A DNA stretch of 64,000 bases from Raja brachyura (taxonomy: Eukaryota), in the NCBI GenBank assembly GCA_963514005.1, contig OY740786.1, forward strand, positions 23,870,001 to 23,934,000, written 5' to 3'. Shown here piece after piece: positions 27,270-39,666 of this stretch. Positions within the stretch are counted from its first letter, which is position 1, and each line of letters opens with the position of its first letter. The notes beneath the pieces were generated by a model that worked only from the letters and a program-made list of their open reading frames with translations, searched no databases and was not told the origin of the DNA. The position numbers and the translations under genes were made by a program.

Positions 27270-27790
27270 ACATAAACCCTCCGGAGAGGGGAGGGGGCGA
27301 GCTAATTGCAATCTTTAATGGCCAGTTATGGAGTTTCCGTGCCATATGAGTTTGGCTGAACGGGGGGAGGGGTTTGGACGAAAGGGGAGGGGTGGTGGGA
27401 CGAAGTTTACTTAAGTTTTGGAGTCCAAATGTGAGTAGAGCAACACTGTGTGAAGTGCGGGCGGGGAATTGCAGTCGGGGGTGGAGGTGGGGGGGGGGGG
27501 GGGGGGGGGGGGAGGGGCGGTCCCGCTGCGCGGCTCGCCTGAAAACGGGCGAATTGCCTGAACGGCGCATCTGCCAATCACCCCCAAAGTCTCCAATCGC
27601 GGCATTGCCATCTCTGAACTATATTTCCCCACTGTGTCACCTAACTGTTCTATGATCTGCCAATCGCCTGAGAACAGTGTGAGAAAGGCAGAGTTAAGAG
27701 TGCTTTATATGTATTAAAAAGAAGTACTTTAACTAGGCTCAACAATATATTTTCGGGCTTTGTTTTTTGTGGGGCGGGGTGGGTGGGGGA
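27270..27790 (+). promoter_or_regulatory. ZIC5 proximal promoter region
   Basis: GC boxes (GGGCGGGG, GGGGCGG), a poly-G run, three CCAAT boxes (27574, 27593, 27660) and an AT-rich TATA-like patch near 27705. Confidence 0.6.
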
Positions 27791-27872
27791 AGGGGAGGGG
27801 GAAGAGCGAAAGAGAGCGAGAGAAAAAAAAACTGTCCCATCAACAAGCGTGGATGGACTGATTTGTGTAGCT

Positions 27873-28860
27873 ATGGAAGCCGCGCTAAGCAAGCGGTATC
27901 CGGGCCTGAGACTATCGGACTTGGCAGGGAATCAACAGCAGCCTCACCAGAACATGTCAAGCTTCCCGGGACTGGGCAGCCAGACACACACACACCCTGG
28001 GGAGATCAGCAGCGACCCCAGCGCGCCTCTCGCCCCTTTCGGGCCCGAGCACATGGTTCAAGCCGGTGCTCTCAAACTCAGTCCATCTCAGCACATGGCT
28101 GCTCACCCCGAAGTCCAGACAGCGGCGATTTTCGGCTCTGCACAGAACTCGGCCAGTTACCCAGCGGGTCATTCCCATTCAGCCTACGCGAGCGGCAGGG
28201 ACTACATTCTCAGGAGAGACCTTTCAGCATCTGCCATGCATGGACTGGGCGAACAACACTCATCACCTTCCTCTCACCATCACCACCACCACCACGGCAT
28301 GTTTCTCTCCACAGCGGGTAGCTACGGGCACTCGGAAGTATTCTCGGGTCTCCACGAGCAGTCTGCAGCAGGAACCCATCCAAATTTAAATGGGCAGATG
28401 CGCCTGGGGTTGCCGGGGGAAATCTATAGGCCGGAGCACTACCCGGCCTCATCCCTGCACAGTTATAACTCCATGAACTTAAACGTTAACCTGGCAGCGG
28501 CTCATCACGGAGCCGGGGCATTCTTTAGGTACATGAGGCAACCCATCAAGCAAGAGCTGATCTGCAAATGGATTGACCAAGACGACACTTCAAAGAAACC
28601 TTGTTCTAAAACTTTCAGCACGATGCACGAATTGGTAAATCATGTCACGGTGGAACACGTCGGCGGGCCCGAGCAGAGCGTTCACATTTGTTACTGGGAG
28701 GAATGCCCCAGAGAAGGCAAACCGTTCAAGGCGAAATACAAATTGGTAAACCATATCAGAGTTCACACAGGGGAGAAACCTTTCCCCTGCCCGTTCCCCG
28801 GCTGCGGGAAAGTATTTGCTCGCTCAGAAAACTTGAAGATTCATAAAAGGACGCATACAG
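27873..28860 (+). CDS. ZIC5: ZIC5 coding exon 1 (ZF-NC domain, fingers 1-3)
   Basis: ATG 27873 in strong Kozak context (GCTATGG); [18 protein letters not shown] resembles ZIC5 MEPPLSKRNPPALRLADLA; GPEHM and [10 protein letters not shown] motifs; phase-1 donor CAG|GTTGGT at 28860/28861. Confidence 0.96.
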
Positions 28861-31064
28861 GTTGGTGTCTAACACTCTTGACTTTGTTCTCAGACCCTTC
28901 AACAAGTACACATCGTTTCCTCCAGAAATATATTGTCATGTTTATATATATATATATATGTGCGTGTGTGTGTGTGAAAGATGTATGGTATTTTCTTTCT
29001 GGGCTGTGAATCTAACTAATTTGCCTTCTTTCTACCTCACTTGCGAGCTGTTTAATGATATAAACATTTCACAAAGTCTCGGATGTGAAATTGAAGCGTC
29101 TTCCGACTTCAATTGAATGGTGCCGAGGGCTTGAGCGTGTAAACAGGCAGGCAGCACTTTCGAAGTAGTTTACAACTGCGGCACCCTTTTGTTTCCTGTC
29201 CGGCAATTTGGAGCTAAAATGTCACAACTTTTATTTGAGGCGAACTAACGCGGTAACTCGACCTGCCCTCGAGTCCGCTTTTCGAAAGTCAACTCGCCAA
29301 ATGAAAGGCAAACGTTTCAATCCATCCTAACAATTTAAAACAAAATGATAGGGGCGAATGGAAAGAGGCTGCTTTTAAATGAGGATGACAAGAATTCAAC
29401 TCGGTTTCAGGGGCGATTCGGCAGCTTGTGAGTAGGACAGAAAGGGCTGTACATTTGTTGTAGAAGTGCTATTTAAAAGTCGTTAAAAAGAAACTATTAT
29501 GCTCCTGCTCGCTGACTACATGCCATTATTCGGCTCAGTAATTATGACGATGATGAATTTTGCGAGCCATCGTCAGAAAGTAAACCGCACCAATAATCTC
29601 TGTACCCTTATCCCCGAGGGTACTCGCTATCTAACCCGAACAAAGTTTACTCGGGATCTCCACCATAACGTTTTAAGTTGCTGCCGAAATAAACCAACCT
29701 GGTCAGAATTTATTGTTGCAGACAGATATTATCCCTTGGAGAATGTTTATTGACGTATGTTTTACTTAATTATTTCCATTGATTTATAGTGTGGCTGTCA
29801 CAGGGCATAAACAGATAGTGTTACACCTATCCTTTTAATGCCTTCTTAATGTTTTGTTTAAATGTTAAAGCAAATGGCCCATGACTGCTTTGATTACAGA
29901 TTTTATCTAAATAATATGCTGCTGAGGTTTAAAGTAAAACATGGTTGGGTTTGTGGTGGGGGTGGGGGCGGGGGGGGGGGGGCGTGTGGAATGGAGAACT
30001 GGGGACTTGCATTCCAGCCATGTTGGTAACAATCCAAATGGACCCGGATCCTCCAGCTCCTCGCAGTAAAAAAATCTTTATCTCCAAACGTCAGGTTTAG
30101 TCAAATTGATGCGTGATATTGTCCCAACCCATTTTGATTTTCGAAAGCAGAGTTTACAAAAACAAGGCGGAGTGCAGCGAAGTGGACAGGCAAACACTTG
30201 GCCGTTTGGCCGTTTAAGGCCGTGTTTGGGCGGTGGTTGAACGAAATGTTTTTTAAACAAGGTCATTTATTCATGTTTTAAAGAGTGTCGACGGGACCTA
30301 AAATAAAACAAGGAATTGGGGAGGGAATGCTAACTTCTTTCAGAATGATCTGTAAACACGGTTATTACAGGGGGGGGGGGAGAGATAAAAGGCAATTAAT
30401 TGGTCATTCGCACCACGTAGATTTGCAGGACAACTTTCTTTGCTTTGGTTTATGCTGGATGCTGGTGAGGTTCATCTTGCTGCCAATCCCAGCACCCACG
30501 ACCAGTGTAGCTAGAATTCTGTTAACGAGCAGTCACGCTATCAAGTTCATAACGAGCCGGGTCGCCGAAACTGATTTCGCCATTGCATTTGAGAAACTGC
30601 TTTAGGAAAAGGCAATAAATAGGCACGCATGTGTAACCCTGGACATAAACACGAACGGCAATGATGATGTGCGTTCGAAAAGTTAATTGGCATAATAGTG
30701 TGATTTCTAAAAGTGCTTCTGCCGGTTTGACTGAATATGTGTTGCCCTCCTACTTTTTTCAGATATTGAGAAGATTGTAAAGTTTATGGGCTTAGGGTTC
30801 AGAAGTTGTGTTACTCCGGGGAATTGCTTGACGTTTTTGTCGTAGTTGGGAATTATATTAGAATTCGCTAGCGTTGTTCAAAGGTTATAAAGCTATTTTC
30901 ACAAGGAAGTGTAGCTTTATCCCTATGTTATATTGATTCGTATTTATGTGAAATAGGTGGTCTGGTCAACTTAACTTTAGCTGAATTGGCCTTTATATCA
31001 CGGGAAAAGTATGAACAGCAGATTGACTAGGTTGATATTGTCAGAAGAACTGCTGGAGGAACAT

Positions 31065-31187
31065 TAGATGAACGATCCCTACCCGAAACGTCGACTGTCC
31101 ATTTCCCTCCACAGATACTGTCTGACTAGTCGAGTATCTCCAGTAGCTCTCTTTTCTGTTGCTACAGATTCTAGCATCTGCAGTCTC
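31065..31187 (+). mobile_element. Old degenerate copy of the same family in the ZIC5 intron
   Basis: ACCCGAAACGTCGACTGTCCATTTCCCTCCACAGATACTG...AGCATCTGCAGTCT. Confidence 0.65.
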
Positions 31188-32802
31188 GCATGCCCCATAT
31201 TGTCAGGAGTGTGCTGTCAAGTTCAAATGGGTGTTGTTCACTCGCCAAGACATGAATGAGGTTATGTTTGAGGGCGAAGTCACTTTTACCAATCAAGTGC
31301 TTTCTGGATCCGGGCTTTCACATGGCATTCAAAGAACGTCAGTAATTCTCGCCTAACATGTTGCTTACGGCCAGAAACCAGACTAAGCGGCGGGCCAATC
31401 GAAGTGCCAGGTTAGGGCCAGCCTGTGGGATTCGAATACTATATCGAGCTGCTGTGGTTCACAAAGCTAAATATAAATATTTATGTGTACAAATAGAACC
31501 AACCTGTCAAAGTACTGAAGAGCGCCTCTGGCCTTCGCGTTGTTTCAATCTTATCCCAAACACCGCGAAAAAAAAATCACAAGACGCACCGAAATCAAGG
31601 ACCGTTTTTAATTGAATGCCAGGTTGCAAGGTAGTGAGTTCGTCAGATTCAATCATATTATGATGAACAGGAAGATACATTTTTAATGGCGAAAAGTGTG
31701 TCGTCCACGAAGATGGTCACAGATACAGTCTTATTTTCATTCAATTCCACTTCAGTCCAGATAGCTCATCAAATCTTTTATCAGAATGCATCTCAAAATA
31801 AACAATAATGCATCTGATGAAAGTTCGATTTCAATTTAAGGCTTCATCGCTGAAATGAAGGCGGAAAGGAAAAAGGTGGCGAGGTCGATTTGAGATATTG
31901 TCCCATTATTTGCTTCTGTTGGGATGGTTGGGAAATGTCAATGCAACACAATTAACCCTTAAATATTGTAGATCTGGTTAAGTTTGCCGAAGTAACAGAA
32001 GTCCAGATACTCAATTTCAGAAAATGCAAGAAAGGGTGCGAGAGCAAGGCCCAGAGTTGATGATCAACTGCTTTAAAAAATGTAAACTCCAGATGATTGT
32101 AAACGTCGGAGGACATTATCACTGTCTTTGCAATTACATTGATTGTACAAAAAAAAAAAAAAGTCGGAAGTTTAAAATAGGTGGATTAAAACCTCTAGCC
32201 AACAGTGTTTGACCATCACATCAGGGACTGACAGAAAACGTGGCAGAGTGCAGACAGTTGTACATCTCGGGTTGCAAACATAATCGAGATATTTTAAGGG
32301 AAATCAAAATATTCAACGCTCTGTTGAGGTTCGTCAGAATTGGCGAGTAACCCAAATGCTTTTTCGAAAGTAAAAGTGGAGTTTTCATATGTCTTCGCAA
32401 ATAAGATTCAGTACGAGGGAGATCTTTAAACATCGCCTGCTGCTTACTGCTGTAAACCTTTAATGTTATATGTGTATGTAAAGACGTAAATGTACATGAG
32501 AACGAAAAATAGCCCCTGAGGGGTTCCAAGCCTTACGTGATGGTCAAGCCTTACGTTTCTACAGCGCATTTCGGCAAGTCAAGAATCCGAAAGCTCTACA
32601 GCCAGTGAGGCGCTTTTTGAAGTGTGCTCGCTCTTGTGATGCAGGAATTTACCCCTGTAACCGAGGCTAAAACGGTGACAATAAACGTTTGCATTTTTAA
32701 CAATAGAAACATGATAGAAAAACGTTTTCTTCTTCTTATTTCTCTGTGCATACTGCTCCATTCTGGTTCTCTCATTGTATTTTTTTCTCTTGTTATTTTC
32801 AG

Positions 32803-33236
32803 GAGAGAAGCCTTTTAAATGCGAGTTTGATGGCTGCGACCGGAAATTTGCCAATAGCAGTGACAGGAAGAAGCATTCTCACGTCCACACCAGTGATAAA
32901 CCGTACAACTGTAAAGTAAGAGGCTGCGACAAGTCATACACTCACCCTAGTTCTCTTCGCAAACACATGAAAGTTCACTGCAAATCTCCTCCCCCTCCCG
33001 CTAGCTCAGGCTACGAGCTTTCAAACACATCCCTGGGGATGGTGTCCCCAGCCTCAGAGACAGTCAGGGGCCGCACTGCCAGCGTGTCCTCGCAAGTGAC
33101 TAACCTCAACGAATGGTACGTCTGTCAGGGAAGCGGGGCGGCCAACAGCCTGCACGCACCTTCCAACAATGGCACCTCGTCCGACACCGAGGATGAGGAA
33201 GTTTACACGAACTCTGATCCCAGAACTATGCTCTGA
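32803..33236 (+). CDS. ZIC5: ZIC5 coding exon 2 (fingers 4-5 and C-terminus)
   Basis: Polypyrimidine tract and TTTTCAG acceptor; [35 protein letters not shown]; [12 protein letters not shown]...SDTEDEE tail typical of ZIC5. Spliced CDS 988+434=1422 nt, 473 aa. Confidence 0.96.
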
Positions 33237-34609
33237 CATAGGTGCGTTGGAGAAGTGTGCAAGTGGGCAAGAGTCAACGCAGGGTTAGTGGCAATGGACC
33301 CCATCAACTAAAGGCAGCTAGGATGTCCAATGATGACCATCTTACACCAGCTAGATTCAAACCTCGTAGGAAAGGAATTTAAGGGCTAAGGATCGGTTCT
33401 TAGGCAACTTTTTGGCCTCCGTGTCAGTCAGAATTATTGTGTATACTTCGAGGTAAAAGAGAATCGCTATCTCATTTACTTTCAGACTATAGATATTGAT
33501 TTTTTGAAATCAGACGTGACTTAAATAGATAAAACATATCATCAGACCCATTTCGGACTGGCAATAGAATCTTCGACCCACGAGAATCACCTCGCTTCTT
33601 GGAAGTGATACATACATAGCCGATCTTTGCTTAACTCCCAAATCAGAGACCATTGTCCGAAAGAAGGGAAATTCTACAATTATGTGAAATCTTCATGACT
33701 ACAATCTCTGGAGGGCCTCAAAACGGCTATAGCCTTGTGTTCAGTGAAATGACACAGTGCCACCACGTTCGGCAACGAAGCACAGGCGACATTCTATTTA
33801 CACATCCCTAACATACAAAGCTGAATTCGGACTTTCCTGCTATATGTGAAAAGAGTCTTCTATCAGTAAGAGTGAAACTCACAAGGACTCTATTTGACCC
33901 TGAAATCAGAATCGACAATATATCAACCCTTAAATCCAAGAGCTCTAGGATTCTTTTGTGTGATCTTCTATCCATCATGGTAAAGTCAAAAATCTCATAT
34001 TTTACTCATAATTATTCAGGCCTTCAGACAAACAAACTAAAGAGCACTAATATGTCCTTAGAGGCCAGAAGATGCAAAAATGACAGGCCTGTCCCTGTAG
34101 GATTTGTACATAATTGTTGTGGGCTGCAAGTCGTTGATGTAATCGTTAGCTATCTTAAGAATTTGTCCAGAAATGCTCTTTTATTTGTAAACTATAATTT
34201 ATTTGCTGATGTGTAATATCTTTCTGCGATAGTACAGACACACCAAAGAATTATATTATTACGTTTGGTGCGTTATTGTGGTGTTTATGAATCTGTGGTT
34301 TCGTCAGACCATTTAATTTCTGCTTACTTGAATGAAATGTAAAATGTGAAAAGTAAAATATGTGATTGTTTATTCCTACTCAGTGGTGGTTAGTCGTTGT
34401 AACTACAGTATTGGTCCATGTTATGATCATGTTGCATGTTGCAGTCATTTTATATTTCCCTTGCATTGACAAACGCCACCCAGAACTCCTGATTGAAAAA
34501 AAAATGCAACGAAGACATATCAGTTCCTTTATTGAAATGAATGGTCCACGTGTACTTTGTGTTTCAGTGAAAGAGGTTAAACCGTGTGACAGTGTATTTT
34601 CCAATTGTG

Positions 34610-34615
34610 AATAAA
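34610..34615 (+). terminator. Candidate ZIC5 polyadenylation signal AATAAA
   Basis: AATAAA followed by a GU/U-rich tract (TTGTTTTT...CTGTTTT) about 1.4 kb after the stop; Pumilio element TGTACATA at 34105-34112. Confidence 0.55.
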
Positions 34616-37204
34616 GAGATATTGTTTTTCCTCTGTTTTAATAATCGTATTCTATATTAAATGTCTAAATCCTAACAAAATGTCAAAACGTGATTTTTTT
34701 GCGGGGTCTGCGGATGTAGCAACACTCAACTCGATCTTCGATAGTGAAGAATCGAGTAATCTCAGCCAATGATGTAAAGCCAGATGATTTCAGGCCCCCG
34801 GGAGTGACTTTTATGTTTATATGTTTATTGTTGTACAAGGACCTCTGCCTCTGTGCAAATATTTACCTGTTCAATAGCAGAATGGGAGACAGGTTAGAGG
34901 CAGGTTGAAGAAGCTACCTGGATACAATTGGCAGCCGGATGTAAAACAGTTCACAATATTATCTGTAATCGTTATTTGAAAACGACGTAAAAAAGGCAAA
35001 TAAAAAAGTCACATTTGGTTTCGGAAATCAAAATGTTCTGGAGTCCAAAATTGCAGGGAAACTGGGAGATATATTGGCCGAGGCGAAATCAAGATTTAAC
35101 GAAGATTCCTGATTTACAAATCCGGTCGCAGTACACGAATATACCGAACTGTTTTTAATATCTCCACAGTTCAGTTGTAACCTCGCCCCACAAATGTTAC
35201 ACTTGATGATTTCATTGCACGGTCGCCCCCAGCAGCGCACAAAACCAAGATGCAGCATCAAAAACAATGCGGCAAAATACACCGTTTCCGCAATTCAATT
35301 TCTGATTGTCACCGTTCTAGATATGATGACGTTTTTCAAAATTCATCATCTGTCTCAGAGGAACCGAATTTGTCTCTAGGATCATAATGGATATTTAAAT
35401 TATTATCGTCGACTTTATGTACCGTATGGAGATGGTATATCCCATGTATCGCTGATCGCGCTTCAGGGTCACCTTGTGAAGGTGGATAACATACCACCTA
35501 AAAGCGAATGATAAAAAGGTTCTAGGATCTCGGGAGATGCAGCCTGCGACATGGGGTGGGGGTTACCCTATTTTAAGTACATTATGGTGATATAATGAAC
35601 AGGAACCAGATTCCATTTTGGTCAAAGTGTCAGAGAGCAGATGGAAATGAGAGACCCGGTATATAGGAAAGCAGTCGGAGAATGAGTGATATGTCTCCTA
35701 AATGAAATTGGTTGTTTTTCTCCTGTGAGATCTACAATTAAATGCATATGAAGCAGAAGAAGACTCATGTAAATGAAGGCGCCAATCAATGGGGAAACTT
35801 ATAGGACTCTAATGAAGTTTCTTGGTGAAAAGACGGGGTTGTACAAAGGCATCGACACATGAATGATTCATGGAAAATATAAAAGATAAAAGATAACTAA
35901 CAATAAGCAGATCGTTGTAAAGAATGTTTTAAAAAAACACGCTCCCCCTGGCATACTCTTCGCATTTAAACACACAATCTCCTCCAAGTGTTCACTATCT
36001 TTCCTATACGGATAAAATGTGACCAGAGTCTGTCCTACGCCACTTCAAAGCAATTTACTCTGGAGCGGAAGACTTGGCGCTTGGACACTCTTCATGGTGT
36101 GTTACAATTTCTATGGCAATTGGCAGACCCGAGCTTCACATTTGAATATATTTTCAATAAAGCCACTTATTAGGGTCTAGGCGGCACATGATTTGAACAT
36201 ATATAGTATACATCCTTCCCAGCCAACACCTCGGGTAACGGTGAGCACCTTGAGAAAAATACACTCTGACAGGAATATCTACCGCGTCAATACAACTTCC
36301 CATTTGTATAAAACCCAACAAAGTGGACGATACGCGTTCCAACTCTCGCCCACGTGTTCAGGCAAGCACAAAAACGAGTCAAAAGTTCCATCCACAGAAA
36401 CATATTTAACCAGCAAGTAGGTAGACTGAAGCAAACACGTTCAGCAATGCTCCTCTGGTCAACATTATAAGACTTCCAATACAAATATTACTAGGCATCA
36501 CAGTGAATGGTTCGGCTCATACTTTCCCCAGGCTTATGATGACTACAATTGGACATGATGTTTTAACAGGCTACTGGGAGATTGATTTGCAAGCAGTATT
36601 GGAAACACCATATGTGCAGTGTAAACAATAGGGATTGCCGTCTTTTCAGTTTATAACGTGTGCTTAGTTTGGGAGGGGTCATGTTGCCCCTTTGCAGTTT
36701 GCACGTGGAAAGAATCGGATGCAGAGTACCTGAAGTAGTTGAAGAAAAAGCCTCGCTTTTAAGACACAAGCCACGGCTTGCATTCCCCACATGGAATAGC
36801 CTGTCACTGACCAGTTTAGGGAAGCCAAACATGTAGAAGAAGGTGGAGGAAGCGCAACTCAAGTCAACAGCAATAACAAAAAGAGAGAAAAAAAGAAAAA
36901 AAAGTGCAAGTGTTTAATCAGGCAGGGAGAAGTTCAAAGGCAGGGGCTTTGAAATTCAAACTACTGCTTTTACGGTACATCAACATGGCGCGTTAAGATT
37001 GCTATGGCAATGAGCAATTCGAAAGCAGGCTGCATCCAAAGCAGTCTACCTCGATTCGCGACAGTCTATTAAGATACAGTTGCACTGACCTTTAGTTTCA
37101 TGCTATGTTAGTTCAGTCAATTTTCACTGCATCAGAATCTTTCATATTTTGTCTTTTTCCCCCCGGGAGACCCCCCCCTCCCTATCTCACTTTCCCTCTT
37201 CCCT

Positions 37205-37239
<35 letters not shown>

Positions 37240-38978
37240 TCACCCTTCCAAATATCAGCGACTTTTATTTTTTTTCTCCTGGAGATGGGTGTTGAAGTGT
37301 TTACTCGGCTCTTTCTTCCCCCCTTTTATGCACTTACCAACTATTGTGTGCAATATGCTATCGCCCTTTGTTTATCTAATACAAGTACTCAGTGAATGGT
37401 GATAAATAAACACGATGAAAAATAACCAAACAGATGATTCCTCCCAGTGAAGAACCCGGGGACTTAATAAAAGAGCGAAGCAGTCCACCGTTGAATGAGA
37501 AACCCTTTGAAGTGGAACTTATTATCTGAGGAATACTTTGCCGTCGTCCTAACGACACAGCTGAATTGAAAAGCGCTCCCTTTTGTCAACGATTTGTTCT
37601 CCTTTACTAGAAAGCCCACTGAAATTACTTACATGAACTGCCTTAACATACAGACTGTGGAAATCAGGAACTTTGCAACTCAGACTTTCTGACGCCACTC
37701 TGGCGAATTTGAGGGGAGGTGTGGAGGGGGACAGGGTGAGAGGGAGGGGGTAGATTTTGAACAGCTCGTAGGACTTTGTGTGTATGTGTACGTGTATGCG
37801 TTTGTGTGTGTGTGTGTTTTGCAGAGGATGAGTTACAATTTCGTTTCCTGATGCACTCCATGCTTGTTCTTAAATCGCCGCTTCATACACAGACCGCAAT
37901 GCTTCCTCACTCACACTCCGCCTCGTCATAAGACTTAAAAATCAAGAACACTAAAGCTGCCTGGCCTCTCTTTGTATGAACCACATCCTGTTTTATACAA
38001 ATTTATTCATAACAGATGCATAAAATACACCACCGGTTTCGGAACTGTGCAGCAAAACCAAACGCAGACCTTACACTTGCAAAGTTGTAAAATCTGAATA
38101 TGTTTTCGTGGAAGTAATTATTTATTCTGAATTATTCGTAATACGTCCCATACTTCTTTTGCTGGAGAATAATCAAATGCGACAAAAAATGTTATCAATA
38201 TATGACAATCCACCTAAATTGTCACCATTGTGTATTGCTAAAATCCTTCCACATTTTTGTTCAATGTAAATGCAATTATCTATTCTTAATCTGCCCATAA
38301 ATTAAAGTTAGTTAAAAAAAAACAGTAAATGGGCCCATTTAACACAACATTTATTCTGGTCTTGGCCATCTTCTGTCAGATTACGTTTAGTGGCTTCTGA
38401 ACAGAGTTTGTCTCCAACCATATTATAATATTTAGCATTTCTTAAACACTCTCGTAAAATGCGCTGCCTTTTAATCTGAACATCCTGAAAAATAATGTGC
38501 TCTCTGAGAACGGCGCACCAGTGGTAGCGTTACAAGCAGAGTGCATTAAATATTGAATGGCACTGGGAAAAAAGAGCTTGTCAAGGGGCACTCAGCCTGA
38601 AAGTCTTTCTTTGACTTTTTTCTGCACTGCCCTGTCCGACCATTTAAGCTGGTGTTAATTAAGGCTGCTTACGATTCAGCTCGATTCCAGCTTTGTCTAT
38701 TTACTCACCACCCTTGTCAAACGACATCGTTAGTCTAACCAGCTTTTTGCACACATATTTAGTTTAGTAAAAGTGCACTTCCTTCACTCCAGATAGAAAG
38801 GCAACCAGTCTGGCCCTGCAGGTGATTCTGCAAACCCCAGAATCTCCTCTAAAATATTGATTTAACGTTGGAAGATCGATATAGCCGCATTGAAACAAAT
38901 GTGTCATCGTGCATCTAAGTGGAACTTCGGACCAGCCTTCGTTCATTGGATGAATTATGTAGTGTGATTTTTACTCAC

Positions 38979-39145
38979 NNNNNNNNNNNNNNNNNNNNNN
39001 NNNNNNNNNNNNNNNNNNNNNNNNNNNNNNNNNNNNNNNNNNNNNNNNNNNNNNNNNNNNNNNNNNNNNNNNNNNNNNNNNNNNNNNNNNNNNNNNNNNN
39101 NNNNNNNNNNNNNNNNNNNNNNNNNNNNNNNNNNNNNNNNNNNNN
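38979..39145. other. Assembly gap or masked run (N)
   Basis: Run of N. Confidence 1.
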
Positions 39146-39194
39146 TTGAGTATGTGGGCATGTGTATGTATACACACTGAACTTTTTTTCTCCC

Positions 39195-39298
39195 GCTATG
39201 TACTATGTTTACATATTCTGTTGTGCTGTAGCAAATGAGAATTTCATTGTCCTATCGAGGACATATGACAATAAAACACTCTTCACTCTTGTCTTGAC
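39195..39298 (+). mobile_element. 3' tail of the same LINE family as 2200-3960
   Basis: ATATTCTGTTGTGCTGTAGCAAATGAGAATTTCATTGTCCTATCGAGGACATATGACAATAAA matches the reverse complement of about 2213-2276. Confidence 0.7.
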
Positions 39299-39484
39299 AC
39301 ACACACAGTCACACACACCAATACACCCCGCAAACACACACACCAATACTTCCACACACAAACAAAAACACACACATAACTCTCATGGACACACACCCAA
39401 TACTCCCACCACGCAAACACCAATACTTCCTCACAGGCCCCAACAGCCGCAGACCCCAACACTCAAAGCCACATAAAATCACAA

Positions 39485-39666
39485 NNNNNNNNNNNNNNNN
39501 NNNNNNNNNNNNNNNNNNNNNNNNNNNNNNNNNNNNNNNNNNNNNNNNNNNNNNNNNNNNNNNNNNNNNNNNNNNNNNNNNNNNNNNNNNNNNNNNNNNN
39601 NNNNNNNNNNNNNNNNNNNNNNNNNNNNNNNNNNNNNNNNNNNNNNNNNNNNNNNNNNNNNNNNNN
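39485..39666. other. Assembly gap or masked run (N)
   Basis: Run of N next to CA-rich low-complexity sequence. Confidence 1.

Noticed and set aside
27489-27512. Long poly-G and poly-C runs (also near 4549, 37205, 42413) as special G-quadruplex elements
   Set aside because: Homopolymer lengths are unreliable in assemblies and such runs are common; no further support.
32527-32556. Small direct repeats (CAAGCCTTACGT twice; AAAAGTGGGAGTGTACATGAA twice near 56440)
   Set aside because: Ordinary slippage duplications with no further structure.
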